The notes under the pieces are model-generated. The model saw nothing but the letters and a program-made list of their open reading frames with translations. It ran no database searches and was not told where the DNA came from. This document shows positions 1 through 9,381 of a stretch of DNA of 64,000 nucleotides, piece after piece (position 1 is the first letter of the stretch; the number at the start of each line of letters is the position of its first letter). The stretch covers positions 19,349 to 83,348 of the forward strand of contig JAZDFQ010000098.1 of assembly GCA_043807765.1 (NCBI GenBank). The letters run 5' to 3'. The DNA is from Ignavibacteriota bacterium (GTDB lineage: Bacteria; Bacteroidota; Ignavibacteria; Ignavibacteriales; Melioribacteraceae). The translations under genes were made by a program, and so were the position numbers.

Positions 1-1
1 G

Positions 2-100
2 GGAATTCCACATTCATACAAAACTGTTGGCGATGAACCGTTTGAATTTTTGTGCATGGTTCCAAACAAAGAAGATGTAATTAAAATTGTAGATTGTTAA
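2..100 (+). CDS. Cupin-domain protein, C-terminal fragment (5' end outside window)
   Basis: Frame 2 reads GIPHSYKTVGDEPFEFLCMVPNKEDVIKIVDC*, resembling the end of a cupin barrel (PH...N/T-x-G-x-E-P-x-x-F-L-C). Confidence 0.6.
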   Translation, partial: GIPHSYKTVGDEPFEFLCMVPNKEDVIKIVDC

Positions 101-112
101 GAGGTAGAAACA

Positions 113-733
113 ATGGCTTTATTAGGCGGATTTTTCGGACCGAGCAAAGATGAAGTTTGGTCGCAATTAAGCAAAGAGCTTGGTGCTGAGTATTCGGAAG
201 GCGGATTTTTTAAAAATGGAAAAATTGTATTAACGAACAACAATTGGGAAATAACTTTAGATACTTATACCGTTCACACCGGTAAGACAAGCGCTACCTA
301 TACCAGAATGCGCGCGCCGTATGTTAATAAAGATGGCTTCCGGTTTAGGATTTACCGCAAGTCAATTTTTAGCTGGCTCGGTAAAGCTTTCGGTATGCAT
401 GATATAGAACTTGGCGATTCATTCTTTGACGAAGATTTCATTATTCAAGGGGAACCGGAAAATAAAGTTGTAAAGCTTTTCTCAAACAGAAAGATAAAAG
501 ATCTGATACAAAAGCAGCTCTCCATTCATCTGGAAGTGAAGGACGATGAAGGTTGGTTTGCAAAGAAATTTCCCGAAGGAGTTGACGAACTTATTTTTCA
601 AGTTGGCGGGGAAATAAGGGATATAGAACGGTTAAAAAACTTATTTGATTTATTTGCCGTCGTCCTTGAGGAGCTATGCAAAATTGGCTCTGCTTACGCT
701 GAAGATCCGGGAATGTCTTTGAACGAAGAATAA
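113..733 (+). CDS. Conserved hypothetical protein (DUF3137-like)
   Basis: 206-aa ORF with AGAGG RBS; TYTRMRAPYVNKDGFRF...FDEDFII pattern recalled from this family. Confidence 0.5.
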   Translation: MALLGGFFGPSKDEVWSQLSKELGAEYSEGGFFKNGKIVLTNNNWEITLDTYTVHTGKTSATYTRMRAPYVNKDGFRFRIYRKSIFSWLGKAFGMHDIELGDSFFDEDFIIQGEPENKVVKLFSNRKIKDLIQKQLSIHLEVKDDEGWFAKKFPEGVDELIFQVGGEIRDIERLKNLFDLFAVVLEELCKIGSAYAEDPGMSLNEE

Positions 734-831
734 CAAATGTGAAATCTAAATTGCGAATTGTTAATTTTAACAAAAGATTTTTCTGCAATCCGTCTTTGAC
801 GGATGCAAAGAGTGTACAATAGGAGAAAGCA

Positions 832-2175
832 ATGAGCAAATTTAAGTACGTAATTAAGCGAAGCGGCGCTATTGTGCCTTTTAATCCCGATAGAGTTTCC
901 AACGTAATTTACCGTGCGGCGGTTTCTGTTGGCGGGCGCGATAAAACAAAAGCTTCTGAGCTTGCCAAGCAAGTAATAGAAATGCTTGAAACTACTTACG
1001 AAGAAGGGCACAAACCGCACGTTGAAGAAATTCAAGATATAATTGAAAAAGTGTTGATAGAGAATGGACACGCAAAAGTTGCTAAAGAATTTATATTATA
1101 TAGAGAGGAAGCGGCTGACCGCAGAAGAGAAAACAGTAAACACTTTTCAAAACCGAATGAATTAATTCCATGGAAGAAAGTTTGGCGCTCGCTTGATTGG
1201 GCGGTTGAACATGACTTGAATACAGTTGATGGAATTAATTCCAGAATACGGCGCGGACAGTTTCCGCAAATTGTTCACGAAGCGGAAACACTTTACGAAA
1301 CTCAGCTTGATACCGCTGCCGAGCTTATCAAAGAACGTTCTAACGAACTAAAAATGGTTATGGTAAGCGGACCATCGTCATCCGGCAAGACAACTACAAC
1401 ATTTAAACTTGAGCAACGCTTGAATAAAATGGGAATGAAGTTTGTTGCGCTTGTAGTTGATAATTATTTCTTCGATTTGGAGATGCATCCAAAGGATGAA
1501 TTTGGCGATTATGATTTTGAAACTCCGCAAGCGCTCGATCTCGATTTGATTAATGATCATCTAAAACGTCTTGCTGCCGGCGAAGAAGTTTTAATTCCTT
1601 ATTATGATTTTAAGCAAGGCAAACGATTTGATAACCGGACGCCGTTACAACTTCATGATAACGAAGTTCTATTGATAGATAGTTTACATGGATTGTATCC
1701 CGAGTTCAGCCGCGAAATTCCGGCAGCTCAAAAATTCAAACTTTATCTTGAACCGCTCTTGCAAATGAAAATGCCGGACGGGCAATACATCCGCTGGACG
1801 GATTTACGCTTGATCAGAAGAATGCTTCGCGATTCAGTTCACCGCGCTTACAATCCGGAACAAACATTGCTTCACTGGCATTATGTTCGTTCATCCGAAA
1901 AGAGAACGATTCTTCCTTACAGCAACACTGCCGATTACATTGTGAATACTTCAATGCCATTTGAAGTACCAATATACCGACCCAAACTTTTGCAATTATT
2001 TAAAGAGTGGGAAAAGAAATATCAAGGTGATCCGTTGAGAGAAGATGCTTATGTGCGTGCTTCGCGTGTTCGTAAAATGCTTGATGCAATTGAACCAATG
2101 GAAGATGAATCCGCAATTCCCGGCGATTCCGTTCTGCGCGAGTTCATCGGCGGCAGCACAATGAATGTACACTGA
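832..2175 (+). CDS. ATP-cone domain fused to uridine/nucleoside kinase-like P-loop domain
   Basis: N-terminal VIKRSGAIVPFNPDRV...VEEIQDIIEKVLIENGHAKVAKEFILYR is a typical ATP cone; Walker A GPSSSGKTT and DNYFFD...DYDFETPQALD are udk-like; AGGAG RBS. Confidence 0.85.
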   Translation: MSKFKYVIKRSGAIVPFNPDRVSNVIYRAAVSVGGRDKTKASELAKQVIEMLETTYEEGHKPHVEEIQDIIEKVLIENGHAKVAKEFILYREEAADRRRENSKHFSKPNELIPWKKVWRSLDWAVEHDLNTVDGINSRIRRGQFPQIVHEAETLYETQLDTAAELIKERSNELKMVMVSGPSSSGKTTTTFKLEQRLNKMGMKFVALVVDNYFFDLEMHPKDEFGDYDFETPQALDLDLINDHLKRLAAGEEVLIPYYDFKQGKRFDNRTPLQLHDNEVLLIDSLHGLYPEFSREIPAAQKFKLYLEPLLQMKMPDGQYIRWTDLRLIRRMLRDSVHRAYNPEQTLLHWHYVRSSEKRTILPYSNTADYIVNTSMPFEVPIYRPKLLQLFKEWEKKYQGDPLREDAYVRASRVRKMLDAIEPMEDESAIPGDSVLREFIGGSTMNVH

Positions 2176-2236
2176 TAGTGTAGAATTAAGAACGTAGAAC
2201 GAAGAGTGAAAAACTTAATATAAAACCGGGGTAATA

Positions 2237-3187
2237 ATGAAAAAGTATTTGATAGTGGTTTTGTTTTTATGTTTTGTCGTTTCAGAGGTATTCGCTCAGT
2301 TTGCTGTTAAAGTAAGAACCGATAAAACAGAATATCAATATGGTGAACCGATAACCATATTGGTTGATGTAATTAATAAAAGTGATTCGGCAAGAATTTT
2401 AGTTTCTGGCTCTACGCATACTATGCAAGCCGGATTTTTTTTCAATGGTTATAATAGTCAAACACGTGAATTATGTTTTTGCACAATTGAAGAGATTGTA
2501 TTTCCACCCCGCTCAACTAGAACATATAAATGGAAAATAGTTCCTAGCGAATCCGGGTTTCCACAAAAAAATGGTGAGCAACTTATTATTGGTTACATGA
2601 TACAATTACCGGGGCTGTTTGATACTATAAAAATAAAGGCGCCAAAATACTTAGGTGGATTACTATCGGTTTCGTATAACAAAACCATCGAAAGCCAAAT
2701 TAAACCGCTTTATGATAGTCTAAAAGCAGTAAGCAAATTCTATAGTGAGTTTAATGGTAAAATTTCGGCTATGTGGAAAATTAAAGATTATGCTCTGGAT
2801 TCAGCAGTTGTTAAGTATGGAAAGGATGTAAGATTTAATTGGTTTCAAGCAAGATATTTAGATTCGCTTTGGTCTAACATAACTACAACCGAAATAAAAC
2901 AAGTATTAGTGGTTCCAGCTGAGTTTAAATTGTATGATGCGTATCCAAATCCTTTCAATCCGTCAACAAATATTAAATACGAAATTTCTAAGAGTTCGTT
3001 TGTTAGTTTAAAAGTTTATGACTTGCTTGGAAGAGAAATAGCAACTTTGGTTGATGAAATAAAACAACCGGGCAGTTATAATTCTCAATTCTCAATTCGC
3101 AATTTTCAATTTAGTTCCGGTGTTTATTTTTACACTTTGCGAGTCGGAGATTTTTTGCAAACAAAAAAGATGCTGCTTTTGAAATAA
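2237..3187 (+). CDS. Secreted protein with T9SS type A C-terminal sorting domain
   Basis: Signal peptide; C-terminal YPNPFNPSTNIKY...KVYDLLGREIATLV...SGVYFYTL...KKMLLLK. Confidence 0.85.
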   Translation: MKKYLIVVLFLCFVVSEVFAQFAVKVRTDKTEYQYGEPITILVDVINKSDSARILVSGSTHTMQAGFFFNGYNSQTRELCFCTIEEIVFPPRSTRTYKWKIVPSESGFPQKNGEQLIIGYMIQLPGLFDTIKIKAPKYLGGLLSVSYNKTIESQIKPLYDSLKAVSKFYSEFNGKISAMWKIKDYALDSAVVKYGKDVRFNWFQARYLDSLWSNITTTEIKQVLVVPAEFKLYDAYPNPFNPSTNIKYEISKSSFVSLKVYDLLGREIATLVDEIKQPGSYNSQFSIRNFQFSSGVYFYTLRVGDFLQTKKMLLLK

Positions 3188-3262
3188 TAGCAAGTAGAAA
3201 GAACGGCACAATCCTAGTTATGAAGCGTCTTAATGCTTGAATACATTTTTCAAGAGGATAAG

Positions 3263-5404
3263 ATGAGAATAAAGCGGTACTGTTTATTAGTTGGTTTTTT
3301 ATTTCTTCCACCTCTAATTAGCGCACAAACAAAAATTTCCGGTAAGATCATAGATACGAACGGCAATGCTTTGCCGGGCGCGAACATCTATATAAAAGAC
3401 ACCTACGATGGAACAACCTCTAAGATAGATGGGACATTCCTTTTTAAGACAACCGAAAGCGGTAACGCGGTTCTCGTTGCAAGTTTTGTAGGTTATAAAA
3501 AATATGAGAACAATGTTGTTCTGAAAAAAGGTGAGTTGAAAATAGATATTGCTCTGGAAGAAGAAATTACACAAATGAATGCAGTGGTAGTTTCTGCCGG
3601 TTCGTTTGAAGCGAGCGATGAAAAGAAAGGTGTAATTCTAAAACCACTTGATGTTGTTACGACTGGTGCTACTGCTGACTTATATACATCACTTAGCACT
3701 TTACCGGGTGCGCAAAAAATTGGTGAGACAGAAGGATTGTTTGTCCGCGGTGGTTCTGCGGCAGAATCAAAAACCATTATTGATGAAATGATTGTTCAGA
3801 AACCATTTTCCAGCAGCGTCCCGGATATTCCATCCCGCGGAAGATTTTCTCCGATGATGTTCAAGGGAACAGTCTTCAGCACGGGCGGTTATTCCGCGCA
3901 ATATGGGCAAGCGCTTTCTTCTGCTTTGATTTTGAAAACACAAGACATGCCCACGCAAACAATCAGTGCAATCAACTTAATGGTATTTGGTTTAGGCGGC
4001 GCGCACACTCAGCTTTGGGAAAATACCGCCGTCTCTGTTGAAGGCGGTTACTATAATCTGAATCCTTACAACAATGTTTTTAAGCAAAGAGTTGATTGGG
4101 ATAAATCACCGATTGGAATTTCGGGCTCGGCAAATTTCCGCCAAAAGATTTCTAAGAACGGATTGTTGAAAGCATTTGTGTCTTACAGTAAATCCGATCT
4201 TTCTCTTTATCTACCCGATCTTGATAATCTTCCCAACAAAACTTTTTACGGATTGAAACCGGAAAATTATTATTCGAATGCGAGTTACAGAGATATATGG
4301 GGAGACTGGAATGTGTTTGGTGGTTTTTCATACAGTTTGGATAAGGATATAATTAATGCTGCCGGTAATAACATAGAACAAGATCAAAGATTGGTTCAAA
4401 CAAAAGTTACAGCCAACAAGAAAATAATTGGTAACGCTTATTTAACATTTGGCGCGGAAATCCTAAACACACTTTACGATGATACTTACAATCAATTCAA
4501 TGTAAAACTTAACGAAACACACACAGCCGGGTTTGTTGAAAGCGATATATATTTTAGTAACGATCTAGCGGCCAAAGTTGGTATTCGCGCAGAGCATTCG
4601 AAAATTTTGGACAAATTTAACTTTGCACCCAGAGTTTCTTTTGCGTACAGATTGGGCACATACGATCAGCTTAACTTTGCCTACGGAAAATTCTATCAAA
4701 CACCGGAAAAGAATTATCTTGTTCAATACAATAAGTTTGATTACGAAAACGCCGATCATTACATCGCGAACTATCAATACATTGGTGAAGGGCAAACTTT
4801 TCGTGTAGAATTGTATTACAAACAATATCATAATCTTGTTAGAGGAACGGTTTACAATTATCCATATTTCAATTTGCCGGTTGTTCCTTTCAGCAATGAT
4901 GGAAATGGTTACGCAAAGGGTATTGATGTTTTCTGGCGGGATGGAGCTTCACTACAGAATTGCGATTACTGGGTTTCCTATTCATTCATTGATACGAAGA
5001 GAATATTTAGTAATTATCCTACAACAGCGTTTCCAACATTTGCCGCTCCGCATACTTTTTCAATTGTATTCAAGCGCTGGTTCGAATCAATTTCCGCCTT
5101 TGCGGCATTGACTTACGTTCACGCCTCCGGAAGACCGTATTTTAATCCAAACAATCCGGAGTTTCTTGGCGACCGCGGAAGCAGTTATGACAATCTTAGC
5201 TTAAACATTAGCTTTATAGCAAAATGGTTCGGAAGTTACAGCGTAATATTTTTCTCAGTAGACAATTTGCCCGGCTTTGCTAATGTTTACGGTTACAGAT
5301 ATTCCACCGATGGAAAAATTGTTGCGCCGGTAGTGCCGCCAACTTTGCGCTCGGCATTTCTTGGAATTTTTATTTCGATCGGAGAGACAAATCAATATCA
5401 ATAA
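3263..5404 (+). CDS. TonB-dependent receptor (CarboxypepD_reg-like N-domain, plug, barrel)
   Basis: Signal peptide; GNALPGANIYIK; plug motif LFVRGG...FSTGGYSAQYGQALS; start moved to ATG 3263 after GAGGA. Confidence 0.85.
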   Translation: MRIKRYCLLVGFLFLPPLISAQTKISGKIIDTNGNALPGANIYIKDTYDGTTSKIDGTFLFKTTESGNAVLVASFVGYKKYENNVVLKKGELKIDIALEEEITQMNAVVVSAGSFEASDEKKGVILKPLDVVTTGATADLYTSLSTLPGAQKIGETEGLFVRGGSAAESKTIIDEMIVQKPFSSSVPDIPSRGRFSPMMFKGTVFSTGGYSAQYGQALSSALILKTQDMPTQTISAINLMVFGLGGAHTQLWENTAVSVEGGYYNLNPYNNVFKQRVDWDKSPIGISGSANFRQKISKNGLLKAFVSYSKSDLSLYLPDLDNLPNKTFYGLKPENYYSNASYRDIWGDWNVFGGFSYSLDKDIINAAGNNIEQDQRLVQTKVTANKKIIGNAYLTFGAEILNTLYDDTYNQFNVKLNETHTAGFVESDIYFSNDLAAKVGIRAEHSKILDKFNFAPRVSFAYRLGTYDQLNFAYGKFYQTPEKNYLVQYNKFDYENADHYIANYQYIGEGQTFRVELYYKQYHNLVRGTVYNYPYFNLPVVPFSNDGNGYAKGIDVFWRDGASLQNCDYWVSYSFIDTKRIFSNYPTTAFPTFAAPHTFSIVFKRWFESISAFAALTYVHASGRPYFNPNNPEFLGDRGSSYDNLSLNISFIAKWFGSYSVIFFSVDNLPGFANVYGYRYSTDGKIVAPVVPPTLRSAFLGIFISIGETNQYQ

Positions 5405-5416
5405 AGGAGAAAGGAA

Positions 5417-6058
5417 ATGAAAAGTGTGTTAACATTTTTAGTTGTGGTTCTTTGCTTTGCAAGTATTAGTCGTGCGGATGATGAAAAGTACATTGCGGCA
5501 ATGAAGAAAAATATGATTCAAATGGATTCTATGAAAACTGTAAATGATATGGTTGATCTTACAAATGCCTTTTTAAGAATTGCCAATGCCGAAAAAGATA
5601 AATGGCTTCCATATTATTATGCTTCCCAGCTTAGTGTGCTTTCAAGTTTTACCGATTCGGTTAACAGCAAGAAAGATGAATATTTAGATGAAGCTGTAAA
5701 ATTTCTTGCTATTGCCGATTCTCTCCAGCCGAATGAATCTGAGATTTATGTTCTAAAAGGATTCATCTGTCAAGCCCGTCTTCAAGTTGATCCGATGAGC
5801 AGATATATGAAATATGGTTTTCAAATGAACGAAAATTTTGAAAAGGCTATTGCGCTCGATCCTACAAATCCCCGTCCCGAATATTTGAAAGGAGTAACTT
5901 TGTTTTATACACCGGAACAATTTGGCGGCGGTGCAAAAGTTGCAAAACCTCTTTTAGAATCCGCTCTCAAAAAATTTAATGAGTTCGCTCCAAAGAATGA
6001 ATTGATGCCGCATTGGGGCAAGCAGCAAGTTGAAGATTTCTTAAAACAAATTCCGTGA
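5417..6058 (+). CDS. Secreted TPR-like helical protein, likely partner of the upstream receptor
   Basis: Signal peptide, AGGAG RBS; WLPYYYA and KAIALDPTNPRP...PEQFGGG motifs. Confidence 0.65.
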   Translation: MKSVLTFLVVVLCFASISRADDEKYIAAMKKNMIQMDSMKTVNDMVDLTNAFLRIANAEKDKWLPYYYASQLSVLSSFTDSVNSKKDEYLDEAVKFLAIADSLQPNESEIYVLKGFICQARLQVDPMSRYMKYGFQMNENFEKAIALDPTNPRPEYLKGVTLFYTPEQFGGGAKVAKPLLESALKKFNEFAPKNELMPHWGKQQVEDFLKQIP

Positions 6059-6120
6059 CATTTCTTTTGTTGACCAAGAGAAAACTTTGAACAATATTGT
6101 AATGTAAATCTGGAGTTGTT

Positions 6121-6558
6121 ATGGATCAATTTATGCAAGCAGCAATTGAAGAAGCTCAGAAAGATTTGGAAGAAGGCGGCATTCCAATCGGTTCTGTAAT
6201 TGTACACAAAGGAAAAATTTTAGGGCGTGGACATAACCGCCGTGTTCAAAAAGGAAGCGTTATTCTTCACGGTGAAATGGACGCATTTGAAAATGCCGGA
6301 AGGCAAACGGCTTCCGTTTATAAAGAATGTGTTTTGTACACAACGCTTTCGCCGTGTCCAATGTGCAGCGGCGCAATTATTCTTTATGGAATTCCCAAAG
6401 TCATCATCGGCGAGAACAAAACTTTTATGGGCGAAGAAGAACATCTTAAATCCCGCGGAGTTAATGTAGAAGTCCTTCAAGACGAAACATGCATTAACAT
6501 GATGACAAACTTCATTGCGGATAAACCAACTTTGTGGAATGAAGACATTGGTGTTTAA
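6121..6558 (+). CDS. Cytosine/nucleoside deaminase (CDA zinc fold)
   Basis: HGE zinc/catalytic motif and LSPCPMC. Confidence 0.9.
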   Translation: MDQFMQAAIEEAQKDLEEGGIPIGSVIVHKGKILGRGHNRRVQKGSVILHGEMDAFENAGRQTASVYKECVLYTTLSPCPMCSGAIILYGIPKVIIGENKTFMGEEEHLKSRGVNVEVLQDETCINMMTNFIADKPTLWNEDIGV

Positions 6559-6562
6559 CCAC

Positions 6563-6595
6563 AATAGAACGCGGATAACACAGATGACACGGATT
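6563..6595 (+). repeat. Left arm of imperfect inverted repeat (nonamer units) flanking GxxExxY gene
   Basis: AATAGAACGCGGATAACACAGATGACACGGATT; the same units occur in reverse complement at 6990-7022. Confidence 0.85.
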
Positions 6596-6609
6596 CAAGC
6601 GGATAAAAA

Positions 6610-6990
6610 ATGTTGTACGAAGATATTACAAGCCAGATAATCAAAGCATTCTATAAAGTAAACAATACTCTAGGATTTGGTTTTTTGGAAAAAGTTTATG
6701 AAAACGCTATGAAATTAGAATTGATGAATTTGGGCTTGAAAGTGGAGCAGCAAAAAAATATTCGTGTTTATTATGAAGGAAAGGAAATTGGCGATTATTA
6801 CGCCGATCTACTTGTGAATGATTGTGTAATAGTTGAATTAAAAGTGGCCGATATTTTATGTGAAGAACACGAAGCACAATTAATCAATTATTTAAAGGCA
6901 ACAAAAATTGAAGTTGGATTATTAATAAATTTTGGAAAAAAGGCCGAATTCAGGCGCAAAATATTTTCTAATGAAAATAAATCAGTGTAA
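6610..6990 (+). CDS. GxxExxY protein (PD-(D/E)XK nuclease-like fold)
   Basis: GFLEKVY motif; ADLLVNDCVIVELK; QLINYLKAT...GLLINFG. Confidence 0.95.
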   Translation: MLYEDITSQIIKAFYKVNNTLGFGFLEKVYENAMKLELMNLGLKVEQQKNIRVYYEGKEIGDYYADLLVNDCVIVELKVADILCEEHEAQLINYLKATKIEVGLLINFGKKAEFRRKIFSNENKSV

Positions 6991-7022
6991 ATCTGTGTTA
7001 TCCGCGTCATCCGTGTTCTATT
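6990..7022 (-). repeat. Right arm of imperfect inverted repeat flanking GxxExxY gene
   Basis: Reverse complement reads AATAGAACACGGATGACGCGGATAACACAGATT, the left-arm units in permuted order. Confidence 0.85.
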
Positions 7023-7039
7023 TCTTTTAGGAAATCAAA

Positions 7040-9367
7040 ATGAAGAAAACCCTTCTGCTGCTAGTTCTGTTTTTATCAACAACAATATTCTCTCAGAAAA
7101 AAACTCCTTACGATTATGTGAATCCGTTTATCGGCACAGACGATATGGGACACACATTCCCCGGCGCGGTTGTTCCGTTTGGATTGGTGCAGCTAAGTCC
7201 CGAAACGGATTCGGTTTTGTACAACAACGGCAAGTCATATAACCCAGATGTTTACAAATATTGCGCGGGTTATCAGTATGCGGATAAAACAATCGTTGGC
7301 TTTTCTCATACGCACATGAATGGAACGGGGCATTCCGACCTTGGTGATTTTTTAATAATGCCGACGGTTGGCAAGATTCAGTTTAATCCGGGAACAAAAG
7401 AAAATCCGGAGAGCGGATACAGATCTAAATTCTCGCACGAAAGAGAAAGTGCAAGACCGGGTTACTATTCTGTTCACTTAGACGAGAACAACATTGATGT
7501 TGAACTAACTGCAAGCGAACGAGTTGGATTTCACAAGTATAAATTTCCAAAGACAAGCGATGCACATATAATTCTCGATTTAACTTCCGGCATTTATAAT
7601 TACGATGGAAAAGTTGTTTGGTCATCTGTCCGTGTAGAAAACAAAACACTCATAACCGGTTTCCGCCAAACAAACGGCTGGGCTCGTACACGTTACGTTT
7701 ACTTTGCGATGGAGTTTTCAAAACCGATTAAATCATATCAGCTAAGAAATGATGAACAGAATGTTTATGGTGGATTCTGGCGAAAGTTTAATCAGAATGA
7801 AAATTTTCCGGAACGTGCCGGACACAAAGTAAAATGCGCTTTCAATTTTGAAACGGAAGAAGGTGAAACAATTTTAGTTAAAATAGCGCTAAGCGGAGTA
7901 AGCACTGCGAATGCACTCGAAAACTTGAAAGCAGAAATTCCCCATTGGAATTTTGAGAAAGTTGTTGTGCAAGCAAAGGAAAAGTGGAACATAGAACTTT
8001 CCAAAATTACTATTGAAGCCGGCGATAAGAGCAAAGAAAATTTCTACACTTCAATGTATCACGCATTTATCAATCCCAACATTTTTTCCGATGTAAACGG
8101 CGAGTACCGCGGACTTGATCAGAATATTCATAAATCAAACAAGTTTACCAACTACACAACGTTTTCGCTGTGGGATACTTACCGAGCGCTTCATCCGCTT
8201 TATACAATCATTCAACAAAAAAGAACAAGCGATATTGTAAACTCGATGATTGCTCACTACGAGCAAAGTGTTCACAAAATTCTTCCGGTATGGTCTCATT
8301 GGGCAAACGAAAACTGGTGTATGATTGGCTATCACGCAGTTCCGGTTCTTGCAGATGCGGTTATGAAAGACATTGGCGGAATTGAAGTTAACAAAGCTTT
8401 TGATGCTTGTGTTGCCAGCGCTAACTACGATGTTTACGATGGGATTGGCGCGTATAAAAAGTATGGATTCGTTCCGGAAGACTTAAGCTCTAACGCGGCT
8501 TCTAAAACCTTAGAATACGCTTACGATGATTGGACAATCTATAAGATGGCGGAGAAATTAGGAAAGAAAAAAGAAGTTAATGAATACTGGAAACGCGCCA
8601 ACAGTTTCAAAAATATTTATGATAAAGAAACACACTATATGCGCGCAAAGAAAACTGATGATAGTTTCAAAACTCCGTTCGATCCGCTCAGCGTTGCCAA
8701 TCAAGGTTACATTGAGGGCAACGCGTGGAATTATTCTCTTTATGTTCCTCAAGATGTAAAGGGATTTATTCAGCTTCTCGGTGGAAAGGAAAAACTTATT
8801 ACTTGGCTCGATTCGCTTTTCACATTTGATTTGCCGGATAAATATTTTGGCGAAAGTGAAGATGTAACCAAAGTTGGAATGATTGGAAACTATGTTCACG
8901 GAAACGAACCGTCTCATCACGTTCCCTATATGTACAACTTTGTTGGCGCTCCGTGGAAAACGCAAGAACGTATTCATCAGATTGTTAATACAATGTACAA
9001 ACCGGAGCCGCACGGACTTTGCGGCAACGATGATTGCGGACAAATGTCGGCTTGGTACATTTTCAGTGTGATGGGATTTTATCCCGTTGCGCCGGGAAGC
9101 AATGAATATGTTATTGGAAGTCCGTGTGTTGAGAAAGCTGAAATCAACTTAGAAAACGGAAAGAAGTTTAATATGTTTGCGGAAAATTTGAGCGAGAAAA
9201 ATATTTACATTAAAGAAGTTTGGTTGAATGGAAAGAAGATTGATAGAAGCTATCTAACTCACAAAGAAATTGTAAGCGGAGGCAAACTGAAATTTGTGAT
9301 GCAAAATGAACCGAACAAAAGTTGGGCCGTTGATGAAAAATCAATGCCTTATTCAATGACTAAGTAA
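7040..9367 (+). CDS. GH92 alpha-mannosidase (alpha-1,2-mannosidase family)
   Basis: YVNPFIGT, GHTFPGA, FSLWDTYRA, SKTLEYAYDDW, HGNEPSHH, GNDDCGQMSAWY. Confidence 0.95.
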   Translation: MKKTLLLLVLFLSTTIFSQKKTPYDYVNPFIGTDDMGHTFPGAVVPFGLVQLSPETDSVLYNNGKSYNPDVYKYCAGYQYADKTIVGFSHTHMNGTGHSDLGDFLIMPTVGKIQFNPGTKENPESGYRSKFSHERESARPGYYSVHLDENNIDVELTASERVGFHKYKFPKTSDAHIILDLTSGIYNYDGKVVWSSVRVENKTLITGFRQTNGWARTRYVYFAMEFSKPIKSYQLRNDEQNVYGGFWRKFNQNENFPERAGHKVKCAFNFETEEGETILVKIALSGVSTANALENLKAEIPHWNFEKVVVQAKEKWNIELSKITIEAGDKSKENFYTSMYHAFINPNIFSDVNGEYRGLDQNIHKSNKFTNYTTFSLWDTYRALHPLYTIIQQKRTSDIVNSMIAHYEQSVHKILPVWSHWANENWCMIGYHAVPVLADAVMKDIGGIEVNKAFDACVASANYDVYDGIGAYKKYGFVPEDLSSNAASKTLEYAYDDWTIYKMAEKLGKKKEVNEYWKRANSFKNIYDKETHYMRAKKTDDSFKTPFDPLSVANQGYIEGNAWNYSLYVPQDVKGFIQLLGGKEKLITWLDSLFTFDLPDKYFGESEDVTKVGMIGNYVHGNEPSHHVPYMYNFVGAPWKTQERIHQIVNTMYKPEPHGLCGNDDCGQMSAWYIFSVMGFYPVAPGSNEYVIGSPCVEKAEINLENGKKFNMFAENLSEKNIYIKEVWLNGKKIDRSYLTHKEIVSGGKLKFVMQNEPNKSWAVDEKSMPYSMTK

Positions 9368-9381
9368 AGTGGAATGGAAAT

